Assembly: GCF_037042905.1 (NCBI RefSeq)
Contig: NC_087245.1
Location: 7,256,001-7,320,000, forward strand
Length of the DNA stretch: 64,000 nucleotides
Origin: Lytechinus pictus
Lineage: Eukaryota
Direction: 5' to 3'
Part shown: piece by piece, positions 1 to 11,663 of the stretch
Layout: each line of letters starts with the position of its first letter
Position numbering within the stretch: the stretch's first letter is position 1
Notes under the pieces: generated by a model
What the model saw: the letters and a program-made list of their open reading frames with translations, nothing else
What the model was told of the DNA's origin: nothing
The model's database searches: none
Made by a program: the position numbers and the translations under genes

Positions 1-201
1 CTCAAAACACCCTTCCAAGTGTAGCATTTGCTCTGGTGTTTTGGGTTGACCCAAAAGCAACAGACAACTCTGGATCAGTTAATGTAACAGGAACCAGTAC
101 TTCAGGTGACCAGTTTCCTATCGGTGAAACTATGGTCACATACGTAGCCCAAGATGATGCTGGCAATACTGACAAGTGCACGATTAGGATTGAAGTATTG
201 G
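1..201 (+). CDS. HYR exon 1 (5' truncated by window)
   Basis: Frame 3: QNTLPSVAFALVFWVDPKATDNSGSVNVTGTSTSGDQFPIGETMVTYVAQDDAGNTDKCTIRIEVL-G; donor GTGAGT at 202. Confidence 0.9.
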
Positions 202-684
202 GTGAGTGACAAAACTGTGATAGAACTATAGTTTTATGATGATGCATCAGGGCCCTGGCTCATGTAACATAGCGAAGAATAGGACTGATTTTTACGATTG
301 ATCATACACAATCGATGCAATCAATCATAGAAATTTGCCGCGTGATCAATCGCTGACTAAATGTTTTATGTTCCAGAGACACAAAGTCTGTAGGCTGTTG
401 TCAGATACTATTTTTATCCCGGGATTCTGGCTTGTCAGTACACAATGTATGCACTCTCTCCACTCCCTTGGAGCTTTCTAGGAATAGCTCACTTTATTGG
501 CTTTTTGGGGTACCCCTCTCCATGGATCAGATAAAGCACAGTTTTTTTTTTTTTTTTTTTTTTTTATACCTCAGAAATTTTTGGAGGGAGTTATTTTTTC
601 AATGTGTGGCATGGATTTTGTATATCCTTGTGGTTACTTTATGTAAGGAATATTAATTGAGAAGCATTTCCTATTCTTTAACAG

Positions 685-933
685 ATGTGGAAGATCCTGT
701 CCTCATGGGCTGTCCATCATCCGATTATGTTGTAAATACCACTGCTGGATTGCAAGTGGCGGAGGTCAATTATCCTGTTCCAACAGCTTCAGATAATTCA
801 GGGCCAATTACAGCCAATTTGACTGCAGGTCTAGCTCCGGGAAACTTTTCAATTGGTGAAACATTAGTCATGTATACTGCTTCAGATCCATCGGGTAACA
901 GCGTATCATGCTCCTTTTTTGTCAACGTGTCTG
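685..933 (+). CDS. HYR exon 2
   Basis: ACAG|ATGTG..CTG|GTAAGT; DVEDPVLMGCPS..SVSCSFFVNVSG; 249 nt. Confidence 0.92.
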
Positions 934-2274
934 GTAAGTCTGACCTGTTCTTCTCTCTCTCTCTCATTTTGAAACGATTAATATTCTATCTTGTAGATTG
1001 ATTTATAAGAATGTTCTCTTTTTCCTTTGTACGGATACTTTCACGGCCCTATTTTTGGGTCCTGAAAGAAAAGAGTGATAGACTTGTACATGTATGTGGA
1101 TACTCAGTACATCGAAGCCCTCACACTTTGAGTAAAATTTATGAATAATTTGATTAATGAGCAACTTTCAGTTCCAATAAACAAAAATGTATTGTATAAA
1201 GCCAATGTCAGTGTACACAAAAATTGATATAATTAGTTTCAATCTTTATACAAACATTGAGATGTCAGAAAATCAATATTGATCGATTCCTAAAGTTTTA
1301 TAAACCTAATCGAATTTTGAATATTCAGGTGTATTTTAGAAAATGATTGCTTTGAATTAAAGAGAACTTGGAGCATTTACTGACTCAATAAAACACTCAC
1401 ACTCAATCACCCTCAGTCATGCATATACACGAAACATGATTGACAGCTCACAGTTGTATGGGGCCCTTGAAATATGATGGATATTTTCATATACTCTTTT
1501 AAGACATTTACAATAAAAATCAATCAATGATTAATGAGTGATTTTTTATAAAATAAATATTTTTATCGCCTTGTGTAATCATTCCTTAAGAATTCAATAA
1601 TTAATTACAACCTCACCTAATTTTCAGTTAAAATCTGTATTATGCCCAATTTAAAAATAATTCAATAATTGATGCTTACCACCAAAGTGACTTCAAATAC
1701 ATCAAAAGGACAACTCCTCTACTCTTCTGATAAATTAATTTACAATCTTTATCCAAATAGTTGATGACCTCACAAAAGTGAGGAAGATTTGATGACTTAA
1801 AAGTTGAAGATAAAGTAAATCATGAAATATCAAAATGGCGACTGGCAGGAAACCCAGATGAATGAAAGGAAAAAAACGTAAAACATACTTCTTGCTTGTA
1901 CACTACTATTCAATACACCATGCCCGACCTGTCAGCTCGGGTGTGGCACCTACATTTATGCCAAAAACATTACCATAGCGATGAGCACTAAGAAAGAAAA
2001 CGATGACAACTCCCTGCGAAACTATTTGTCTGTATTTAAAATTGCCCTAATCGTTGATTAGCAGAATGAAATATTGGGAAATCTTCTCCTCATTTAAAGT
2101 TAGGCAAAAGAAAGAAAATATAGTATACAACAATTTAGAAAATTGACTTCCTCCATCAAACTTTGATTTTGAAATTATCATCATTGATTTCTCATTTTAG
2201 AACCGATTTGATTTTAATCTGTTGAATATTTAAAAACATGTCAATCTTACTAAATAGGTTCATTATTGCGGACT

Positions 2275-2730
2275 AGCTTCACTAGCTTACAAGTTCACGA
2301 GCTTTCGAGTGCCGCTGCAACTCTTTATCAAGTGACGAAAATTATCTGATAACGTAGTCTATTTATACCAATCCCCAGGACCGTACACACGAACGCGGGA
2401 ACAATAGGTGGGCACTGTTCCGTTGTGTGATTGGTCGGGCGTTTCACCAATCAGTGCGTCGATGTACGGTGTGGCCGGTGATCCGTATATGCAAATAAGC
2501 CTGAGGTATATGCAAATACGCCGCGAGTCGGCAGTATGCAAATAAGACAAAATTGGCGGTCTCGCTAGTTTCCCGTAGGTGGGGGTTGACTAGCTTAGCT
2601 GTCCCTTGCTCGGGGCCGGGAACGATCGGGTCGGCGTGCACTGCTAGTGAACACTTTTTTGCGAGAGTGATCACGAATTTCCTAGAAAGCTAGTGAACAC
2701 TTTTTGCGAGAGTGATCACGAATTTCCTTG
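2275..2730 (-). mobile_element. Probable Penelope-like element pseudo-LTR fragment (GC-richer island)
   Basis: Hammerhead-like motif, TATAAATA ~25 nt upstream on the minus strand, CCAAT and octamer motifs, short inverted ends TTCACTAGCT/AGCTAGTGAA, ~40-bp direct repeat at 2643-2728. Confidence 0.5.
2295..2335 (-). ncRNA. Minimal hammerhead-ribozyme-like motif (Penelope-like element type, variant core)
   Basis: Minus strand TCAC-TTGATAA-A-GAGTTGC-AGCG-GCACTC-GAAA-GCTC-GTGA: stem I TCAC/GTGA, stem II, GAAA, palindromic AGCT. Confidence 0.55.
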
Positions 2731-2895
2731 TTGACCATAGTAGATTGTGAGACAAATGAATACCCTCTGGGGATCATGTAAATCTTGTTTACTGTATTGT
2801 GTAATTTGTGTTATATTTTTCTCATGAAACAATTGATAAGTGGCTTTAAATTCTTATTGTCAGTGTTGTCAATCTCTGCCCTGGCTCTATTTCAG

Positions 2896-3132
2896 ATGTG
2901 GAAAGTCCCATTTTCTCTGCCTGTCCATCAAATGAAACTTTTGGGACAGACTTTAGAGGAGACACCGCTAAACTAAACTGGACTGTTACTGTTACTGATA
3001 ATGATGCAGTTACTCTGACTTCAGACTACAACACTTCATATGTATTTCCTCTTGGCAGTACGACTGTCACTTATAACGCTGTAGATTCATCTGGAAATAC
3101 AGCAATGTGTGTTTTCACATTCACATTAGAAG
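2896..3132 (+). CDS. HYR exon 3
   Basis: TTCAG|ATGTG..AAG|GTAGGT; DVESPIFSACPS..AMCVFTFTLEG; 237 nt. Confidence 0.92.
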
Positions 3133-3176
3133 GTAGGTCTGTTTCTAGATTACATCTATACTTGTAACCTAACCAG

Positions 3177-3444
3177 GACCATGTCTTGAAAAGAGCTGCG
3201 ATTGATCTGATCAACCACAAGTATGGAAAGCCAGCAACGTCAACATATAAAATGCATGTTTGTTCAAAATATTTTCTAGATTTGATGTCTATTTAACATT
3301 CATTGTTTTCTTGAAAAGTGAGGGTGCTTCTCTTTCATTACAAATGACATCGCGCAAATGTCTTGTAGAAAAAATCTGACAATGATGGACTTCCATACAT
3401 TTGAAGTAGATCAGATCAATTGTAACTCTTCGTAAGGCTTGGCC
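3177..3444. mobile_element. Degenerate MITE of the CCWGG-targeting family
   Basis: Imperfect terminal inverted repeats (TIRs) CCAGGACCATGTCTTGAAAAGAG / CTCTTCGTAAGGCTTGGCCCTGG. Confidence 0.45.
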
Positions 3445-3621
3445 CTGGTCCCAGTGTTCAATCATGTGATTATGATTGGTTCCAATTCTTTATGATCAAT
3501 CTTGAAAATCACAAAGCTTTGTTTTTGAGCTCCACTACTTGATAGGTATATTTCTGCCATTATCATTGTCCATTCGGGGGGGGGGGGGGAATATTTAGCC
3601 CATTCTCAAATAAATGTTTAA

Positions 3622-4286
3622 CCCAATATAGCCTGGGCTGTTTTGAAATTGCATAGCCAGGGGAGTTTGGGAGGAAAGGGGGAATCTCTTTTGTGTATTG
3701 CGTGATTGCAACGAAAATTGACTCCCATGCCATTCATGACATAATCTCAGCAATTTGATTGTACCAAAATTATTCATATCTATTTCTAATTAATTAACTA
3801 TGCGAATTAATGCATAAAATGATAATTTGGTTCTAAAAATATCAATTTTTTTTAATTCTTATATATTTCTTTGTTTTTCGATGGAAATTGTCAGCAACAC
3901 TATTTCAGTCATAAAAACATGAAATATATTGCTTTTAATCAGTTAAAATAAAAATTATACATTTATGAGTTTTGGCTACATGCAGAATGTGCATTGGATT
4001 TGTACATGAAATCATGTTTTTTAGCACTTATGGATCTGACATGAAGTACGCTACTTTGGAATCATGTACCCCTGTGTCACAAATTTGTTCTTAAACTTGA
4101 AGGATAAATATTCGTGAAACATCACGGTGCGATATTTTTTTTTGTTACAGATTTATTACAAAAATGCCAGGGGGTCCAAAAAGCCCCCTCCACTAATTCC
4201 AACCCAATTTTCCTATGTAGCCCCCTGCAATTTTCTTAAATTATCTTTAAAAAAAATGCCTCCCCTCCCCCATGGGCTGCATAGGG
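3622..4286. mobile_element. piggyBac-like non-autonomous element
   Basis: TTAA|CCCAATATAGCC ... GGCTGCATAGGG|TTAA: TTAA TSD and CCC/GGG termini. Confidence 0.65.
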
Positions 4287-4352
4287 TTAAAAGTAATATT
4301 ATGATATTTTAGTGTGAATGAATCTGTTTTATCTTTGTTTTCATGTTTTAAG

Positions 4353-4607
4353 ACCAAGAGGCCCCTTACTACACAGCATGTCCAACGAAAGTGATGAATA
4401 CTACACTGACTGATCTAAACTATCGAAACATTAGCTGGGTTGTACCAACAGTCCAAGATAACGTGGATGCAACCGTTAATCTCACGGGAGTCTCAGAAAG
4501 TCACTCGTCAGGATCGCAGTTCTTTGTAGGCACAACTAAAGTTATTTACCAAGCTACTGATCTCTCTGGGAATACGGGCAATTGTACTTTTGATATAACA
4601 ATCAATG
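4353..4607 (+). CDS. HYR exon 4
   Basis: TAAG|ACCAA..ATG|GTAAGT; DQEAPYYTACPT..GNCTFDITING; 255 nt. Confidence 0.9.
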
Positions 4608-4669
4608 GTAAGTTTAGATTTTGTGCCGCTAGTATTATTGATATGTATGTATGATATTAATTAATATGA

Positions 4670-5457
4670 ACAAAAGAAGGAAGGAAATTTAAAGAAATAA
4701 AGAGAGATTCAAAAGAAGGAAAGATAGGCAGAAAGAAAGAAAAGAGAGAGGAAGAAAGCTCAAACTAATCCAGTATAAATAAAGAAGAAAATTTATCAAT
4801 TTCCTTGGCAAAAAAAATAGTTGCTAAAGAAACCACGTTTATCAACATACACACAAATGCATATGTGGGACTGTCAATGTATTTCAGTGTGTGCGATACA
4901 GACGATCATTCGAAACCCGATCTTTTTTAAGCATAACAGAAGTGAAAATTTCTCCTTTTACTGCTTACAAATGACAGAGCTACCCCCAATTTTTAGGAAA
5001 TATGGACACTACAAGAATTTTCATTGGTAAGAAATGTGGAATTTGACAGTTCTGTGGGAGATTTCTTCCAGAGCAAACTTCGTTCGTGCAGCACCGTACT
5101 CCGTAAAAACTTAACTACATGCATCGGCTGCTTGGAATATGCGCTAGCTAGCTAGGAATGCTAGACTGCCATTGATTCTGTGTGTGTGTGTACGTCTCTG
5201 AGCTGTGTGTTTATTGCAGAAAAAGGCGCACATTTTGCAATTCGAAAGAAGAAATTAATGATATAGCTTTTTTGTCTCTTTTTCTTTTCTATATTTTGAT
5301 GGTGAAATATGGGGAATCTTTCTAAAATATAATTTCCATAGGAGAATTTTGCTTGCCCGATTCGGGCAAGCAGTTTTTGTCTTTGCTTCAAAACACTTGC
5401 CTGACTCTAAATTTTACTTGCCCTGGGCAATCGGGCAAGCGCTTATGTCGCACCCTG
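4670..5457 (-). mobile_element. One-ended remnant of the CAGGG-terminus (hAT-like) element family also at 31444-34370
   Basis: 5345-5457 is the reverse complement of 31444-31560 (CTTGCCCGA subterminal repeats); AG-rich tract mirrors the CT-rich tract of the full copy; left boundary approximate. Confidence 0.6.
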
Positions 5458-6288
5458 CATTGAATACCCATTGATTGCATGTTTGCCAAGCTGTACCCCT
5501 AAAGGCGACCGCACACCTTACGACTGGTCTGCGACCCGATTTTGGAACGAATCGCATTTTGCTCATTTTCTGAAGATGTGAATGGAACATATCATTTCAT
5601 TTGAGGTTAAAATTAATTGAAATAATAATATTATAACAATTTTGAAAGATTGCAAGTCCTTATTTTGGAGTAAAGTCCAAATTAGTTTCAAATCGTAGCC
5701 AATCGTACGACTGCTATGACGTCATTACGACTAGATATCAAATTCGCTTTTATTCTAAGAAGGATGACAGCATAGTCACAAATTTTATCATAGGTATTCG
5801 TACGATGATTTAGAACATTACAGTAAGATATTCCAAGTCTCAATATTAGCATCAAATTCTATTACATTTTATTCTGAAATCGGGTCGCAGACCAGTCGTA
5901 AGGTGTGCGGTGGCCTTAACATGATAAAACATTGAATACCCATTGATTGCATGTTTGCCAAGCTGTACCCCTAACATGATGAACCATTGAATACCCATTG
6001 ATTGCATGTTTGCCAAGTTTTGTCCCTGACATGATAAAACATTGAATACCCTTTGATTGCAAGTTTGCCGAGTTGTGTCCCTGACATGATAAAACATTGA
6101 ATACCCATTGATTGCATGTTTGCCAAGTTGTGTCCCTGACATGATAAAACATTGAATACCCTTTGATTGCAAGTTTGCCGAGTTGTGTCCCTGACATGAT
6201 AAAACATTGAATACCCATTGATTGCATCTTTGCCTAGTTGTGTCCCTGACATGATAAACCATGGAATACCCATTAATTGCTTCAACAG
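5458..6288. repeat. 55-bp minisatellite, ~7.5 units, interrupted by a MITE and ending at a splice acceptor
   Basis: Unit ACATGATAAAACATTGAATACCCATTGATTGCATGTTTGCCAAGTTGTGTCCCTG, period 55. Confidence 0.95.
5503..5916. mobile_element. PIF/Harbinger-like MITE
   Basis: ~40-bp TIR AGGCGACCGCACACCTTACGACTGGTCTGCGACCCGATTT; TAA TSD at 5500-5502 and 5917-5919. Confidence 0.85.
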
Positions 6289-6528
6289 ATGAACAGCCAC
6301 CAGATTTCACCGGTTGTCCCTCCAACATGAACGTATCAACAGGTTTAGGTCAACCAAATGCTACTGTGAAATGGTCAGCACCTAGTTTCACAGACAATGT
6401 AGATGTCAATGTTACATCATCTCATGCATCTGGGGATCAGTTCAACATTGGGGTTACAGATGTGTTTTATAATGGAAGTGATAGTGCAGGGAACATTGCT
6501 TCTTGTGTTTTCACCATAACTGTGTCTG
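6289..6528 (+). CDS. HYR exon 5
   Basis: ACAG|ATGAA..CTG|GTAAGT; DEQPPDFTGCPS..ASCVFTITVSG; 240 nt. Confidence 0.92.
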
Positions 6529-7399
6529 GTAAGTGGATTTTGAAATTTCAAAATTTGTGAAAACCCTCTTTGATTCTTTTCGTTAAGTACATGTAGAATC
6601 TCAAAAGTACTGTATCTAAATACCCAAGTCAGTCTACAAGTACCAAAATTACTTTTTCAAAACTTTCCCTGGAAAATCATTCAGGATGAAGAAAATTTAC
6701 TTTCAATATTGATTACTTTGAACAAACTTGTTTCTTGAAGTCAAAGTTGAGATAAGGTGACTCATCTATCCTAATCCATAATCTGTTTCAAAGAGAATGT
6801 GCACTCCAAAAAGAAGTGTATTTCTTCAGGGATTAAATCCAATAGAGAATTCTGAGCCTCGCCATTGAATGAGAGGTGTTTCTAGTCTTCATTCTGCAAT
6901 TTTTCAATACTTTTATATTTTATTTCATTGTTTCTCTGATTTAACTCTAATCGTGCATTAATTCTTGTAAATATTGTGATTTTCATGATTTTTATTTCGA
7001 TAGAAACAGAAGTATCCTTTTGATTTTATCATTTCTTATCTGTAAATTTGTCTTATTCTGCCATCTATACTAGCACACATATCCGTGGTAGGGCAGGGGG
7101 ATAAAGTATTATAAGGAAATTTTTATTCAACTTCAATTCATACTTTGTCTTTATATGGTAAGTCTCGATGAAAGATTTACTTAAAAATTGATGTTGATGT
7201 TGGTTGATTATCCAAGGAAATTTTATAAGACAAAAAGTGTGCTAGAACGTGAGAATTTACAAAATTGATCTGTTATTTCAATTATTTGGGGGTTAGATTT
7301 TCTTAGCTTTATCACTTTGTGAATGGACGCATATATATTACCAAATAGGGGTAGTGTATAGTGAATTAGTAAGTTATTTATTTTCTGTCCCCTTCTCAG

Positions 7400-7642
7400 A
7401 CAATGAAAACCCAGTCATCAATGGATGTCCAAGTAATCAAGATGTCAACACAGACAGTGGTAATGCTACAGCTTTAGTAACCTGGACACCACCTACAGCA
7501 ACAGATAATTCTGGTACTCAGAAACTGACATCCACTGCCAATCCTGGAGATTACTTCCCTATTGGAAACAACACAGTGACTTACACCTCAACAGATGCTG
7601 CTGGAAATTCAGATACATGTACTTTCTACATATCTGTTACTG
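7400..7642 (+). CDS. HYR exon 6 (DNENP subfamily)
   Basis: TCAG|ACAAT..CTG|GTAAGT; 243 nt. Confidence 0.92.
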
Positions 7643-7911
7643 GTAAGTGTTCTTGAAAGAAAATTTTCTATCAACTGGAAATTACTGCTGACCTTCTGAA
7701 TAATTGAAATTATTTCATTTTATCAAAGATATGTTCAAGAAATTCACGCAGTATGAAAATAGATTTCAGCTTCAGATGTTTGTCATTGAATAGGTCACAA
7801 TCTTAGTCACTTTTTTGCCTTCTCTTCGGAAAGCAACAGTTTGTGTTTTACAGTTTACGAAATGAGAAATTAAGAATGAATACTGAGGAACTTTTCTTGT
7901 TTTCTTCCCAG

Positions 7912-8154
7912 ACAATGAGAATCCAGTTATCAGTGGATGTCCAAGTAATCAAGATGTCAACACAGACAGTGGTAATGCTACAGCTTTAGTAACCTGGACA
8001 CCACCTACAGCAACAGATAATTCTGGTACTCAGACACTGACATCCACTGCCAATCCTGGAGATTACCTTTCTATCGGAAACAACTCAGTGACTTACAAAT
8101 CAACAGATGCTGCTGGAAATACAGAAACATGTACTTTCTACATATCTGTTACTG
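7912..8154 (+). CDS. HYR exon 7 (DNENP subfamily)
   Basis: CCAG|ACAAT..CTG|GTAAGT; 243 nt. Confidence 0.92.
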
Positions 8155-9872
8155 GTAAGTAATAATTTGGCCTTGACGGAGACAGTTCAGCCTGCCAAAC
8201 AAAGGTGATTTTGAAAACTATTGGTTTATGCATATTTCCTGTATAAATTACGCCTGATTTACCACTTACATTTATAATATTAGATGTCCAATAATGATGT
8301 TCGCTTTTGTCACAGTGCGCCAAATTGAAGCCTGTTGCCATGGTTGAGAACGTTATTTTATATGTTAGTCGACTCATTACTTCAAAACAGTAGACTCATG
8401 AATAAAATTGCTTATTCAGCCATGGCAACAGACGTCAATTTGGAGCACTGTGGAAAAATGTGCATCAGCATTGGACATATTTTAGTATACGTGGTAAGTG
8501 AGGCGTTATTTATACAGGATATCTGCCTAAATCATGGATTCAACCAATGTTTTTCAAAACCACTTTTATGAATTTGGCCACCTGTGACTACATAACTTAA
8601 AGGTTTCCCCAAATCCCTAACCAAGTTTTATTTCACAAGAAAGTCTTTGCAGTAGTCTTAATGTCTGACTTCAAAGTCAAAGTTTATTTGAAGTCAAACA
8701 TTAAGATTACTTCCAAGACTCTCTTGTGAAATCAAACTTGGTGAGGGATTTGCATGTAGTTGGGAAACATTCATGTTATGTAGTCACGGGTAGGCGAGAG
8801 ACAATAAGCCAGTTCAGGTTAGGTCACGATCAACTTTTCTCAAATTACCTTTTACAATTTCAAATGAAAATGTTGCATAAGCTTTTAAAGCATTTAAATT
8901 CTAAGAACGAAAAGCATTGTATTGATCAGGTGACGGAACATCAAAGGTAATGCTTGGAAATCTGTTTGTTTTATTGTCTGCTTTAGGCACATTTGACTAT
9001 TGTTTGGGCTAATGTCAAATACCAGTGATTACGAAGGCTTTGTTATTCTTCAACTTGGATGTGATGAAAAGAATATTCTAAAAGGAATACACAAATGCCT
9101 ACAGTATGTCAGTGAATTTGAAAACCACCTTCATGGTTTGGTATCTCAAATGACCTTTTACTGCTATTGCACAATGTAAAACTGTGAACAGGCTTATCTG
9201 GCTATTAGATCCAATCAAACCTAAAAGAGATTAACTTCCTTGGAAGAGAGCAGTTCCCTGTAAGACATTATAGCCTGGTGTGTGTTACGTGCATGGTGTT
9301 AAGAAACATTATGGCCTATATATACTACGTGATCGTCAAACTCAATTTTGTTGAAGTATATTCAGGAATTCCACCATAAGATCGTTGTGTCTGTTTTGAG
9401 GTGTTGGACCATTTTATTTTACTGTCTGTAATAGGCGTTAGTGATTCCCATCTTTCCCAGAACCGACTCCTGTTCTGACCTAAGGCTTCGGTTCTTGGAG
9501 GAGTTTATGGCACAATAAACTCCTTAGTGTATAACATTTCCAAACAATTGTCAATTTTGGTCATGATGCTTTGAGCCTAAAATTATAAACTTAGTCTTGA
9601 ACGAGTATCAACAGGGTTTTTAGGTTATGTTAAAAAAGAGAATCGGTTCTCTTGTACAGTGAATCCTTCAGGCTCGAGTAATTGACTCTGAAACAAGGGG
9701 GTTGACTCGTTGACTGGTGACAAGAATGGGGTAGACTCGATTACTTGGCTCTGTTGGGCAAGCATAGTCTGTAAAATGTTCCATTGTCACTTTAAATTAA
9801 ATGGTTGACCAAACAATGCTATAGAATTCACCAATGAGGTCGAAGTTTTTTTTTGTTTGTTTGTTTATACAG

Positions 9873-10115
9873 ACAATGAAGATCCAGTCATCAATGGATG
9901 TCCAAGTAATCAAGATGTCAGCACAGACAGTGGTAATGCTACAGCTGTAGTAACCTGGACACCACCTACAGCAACAGATAATTCTGGTACTCAGACACTG
10001 ACATCCACTGCCAATCCTGGAGATTACCTTCCTATTGGAAACAACACAGTGACTTACACGTCAATAGATTCTGCAGGAAATACGGTCAACTGTGTCTTCT
10101 ACGTTGTTGTAACAG
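9873..10115 (+). CDS. HYR exon 8 (DNENP subfamily; GC donor)
   Basis: ACAG|ACAAT..CAG|GCAAGT; 243 nt. Confidence 0.88.
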
Positions 10116-10520
10116 GCAAGTTAGAAGGAATAAATATGTTCAAACCTGTAGATACTAATTTTCTTTCAATCTATCAGACTGGCAATCTAAGAACTAGTTT
10201 AACAACAACATGCTTTTGAGTTGAACTGACATGTAATAAACATTGCATTCAGATTCATTTTGATAAGAATTTCAAATTACAAATTAGATTTTAGGTGTAC
10301 ATGTAGCTGATTTAGCATCTGAGCTGATGTTCCTGTCATGAGTAAAATACAGACATGTTTATTTGAATGCAGTAGTGAGATGTTAATCTGAGATGACAAA
10401 AGTTTGGCCAATTATTCTTTCTTCTCAAATCATGCCAAGACTTTTATTTCTTCTATTGGAATTGGAATACCTTGATAGGGTACCTAATTTGAGTGTATCA
10501 AAGATTTTTAGCTCCATTGT

Positions 10521-10966
10521 TTTTATGCGCCCGTCCTACGGAACGTAGTATGGTACCACGCTCGGTGTCCGTCAGTTTCTCTATCTGTCCGTCCATTAAC
10601 TTTTCCTTGTAAACGCGATAACTTCAGTTTAACTTTACCTAAGCTCATATAATTTGGTGTGTATGATACTAGAATTGATCCTAGGAAGTCTAGTGATTTT
10701 GAGGTCAAAAGGTCAAAGGTCAAGGTCACAGTGACATGTATTCATCTTACCCTTCTGCAGCCCTTGTAAATGCTATAGCTTCAGCTTAACTTAACCTAGG
10801 CTCTTATAATTTGGTGTGTATATACTAGCATGGATCCCAGGAATTCTATTGATTTTTAGGCCCAATGGTCAAGTCTAAACCTTCCATTTTTCTTGCTCCA
10901 CCAATTACTCTATTTTCTGCATTTGAGGCGGGCGTAGTATGTGCTTGCCCCAGTGACACTCTTGTT
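10521..10966. mobile_element. Helentron-associated non-autonomous element (HINE-like) with internal ~157-bp tandem monomers
   Basis: T-rich insertion site, sub-TIR ATGCGCCCG / CGGGCGTA, GTCC microsatellite, GGTCAAAGGTCA monomers, ends CTTGTT. Confidence 0.65.
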
Positions 10967-11124
10967 AGAAATGTTGTATTGATTTTATCTTAGGACAGCA
11001 GTTTGTATAACTAATGAGGCAACCCTGATTACATAGAACCAACAATTTTTTGTTCCTGTATTTTGATGAATAAGGTGATATATGACCATTGATCGCATCT
11101 CTTTTTTCAAGCTCATTTCGTATC

Positions 11125-11663
11125 CCCTAACATGATAAACCATTGACTACCCATTGATTGTACGGTTGCCAAATTGTGTCCCTTACATGATAAACCATTG
11201 AATACCATTGATTGCATGTTTGCCGAGTTGTGTCCCTAACATGATAAACCATTGAATACCCATTGATTGCATGTTTGCCAAGTTGTGTCCCTGGCATGAT
11301 AAAACATTGAATACCCTTTGATTGCATCTTTGCCAAGTTGTGTCCCTGGCATGATAAAACATTGAATACCCATTGATTGCATGTTTGCCGAGTTGTGTCC
11401 CTAACATGATAAACCATTGAATACCCATTGATTGCATGTTTGCCAAGTTGTGTCCCTGGCATGATAAAACATTGAATACCCTTTGATTGCATCTTTGCCA
11501 AGTTGTGTCCCTGGCATGATAAAACATTGAATACCCATTGATTGCATGTTTGCCAAGTTGTGTCCCTGGCATGATAAAACATTGAATACCCTTTGATTGC
11601 ATCTTTGCCTAGTTGTGTCCCTGACATGATAAACCATGGAATACCCATTAATTGCTTCAACAG
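11125..11663. repeat. 55-bp minisatellite, ~10 units
   Basis: Same unit as 5458-6288, uninterrupted. Confidence 0.95.

Noticed and set aside
1100..2270. Possible additional transposon in intron 2
   Set aside because: Composition suggests a repeat, but I could not identify matching termini or a TSD
5916..6288. Possible CRISPR array
   Set aside because: Contiguous tandem units with no unique spacers, eukaryotic intron context, no cas genes
5852..6328. Overlapping minus-strand ORFs (also 11127-11703)
   Set aside because: By-products of the 55-bp minisatellite; the same peptide cycles through all three frames
7612..7625. TACATGTA inside DNENP exons as footprints
   Set aside because: Simply the codons GAT ACA TGT ACT (D-T-C-T); excluded from the footprint count
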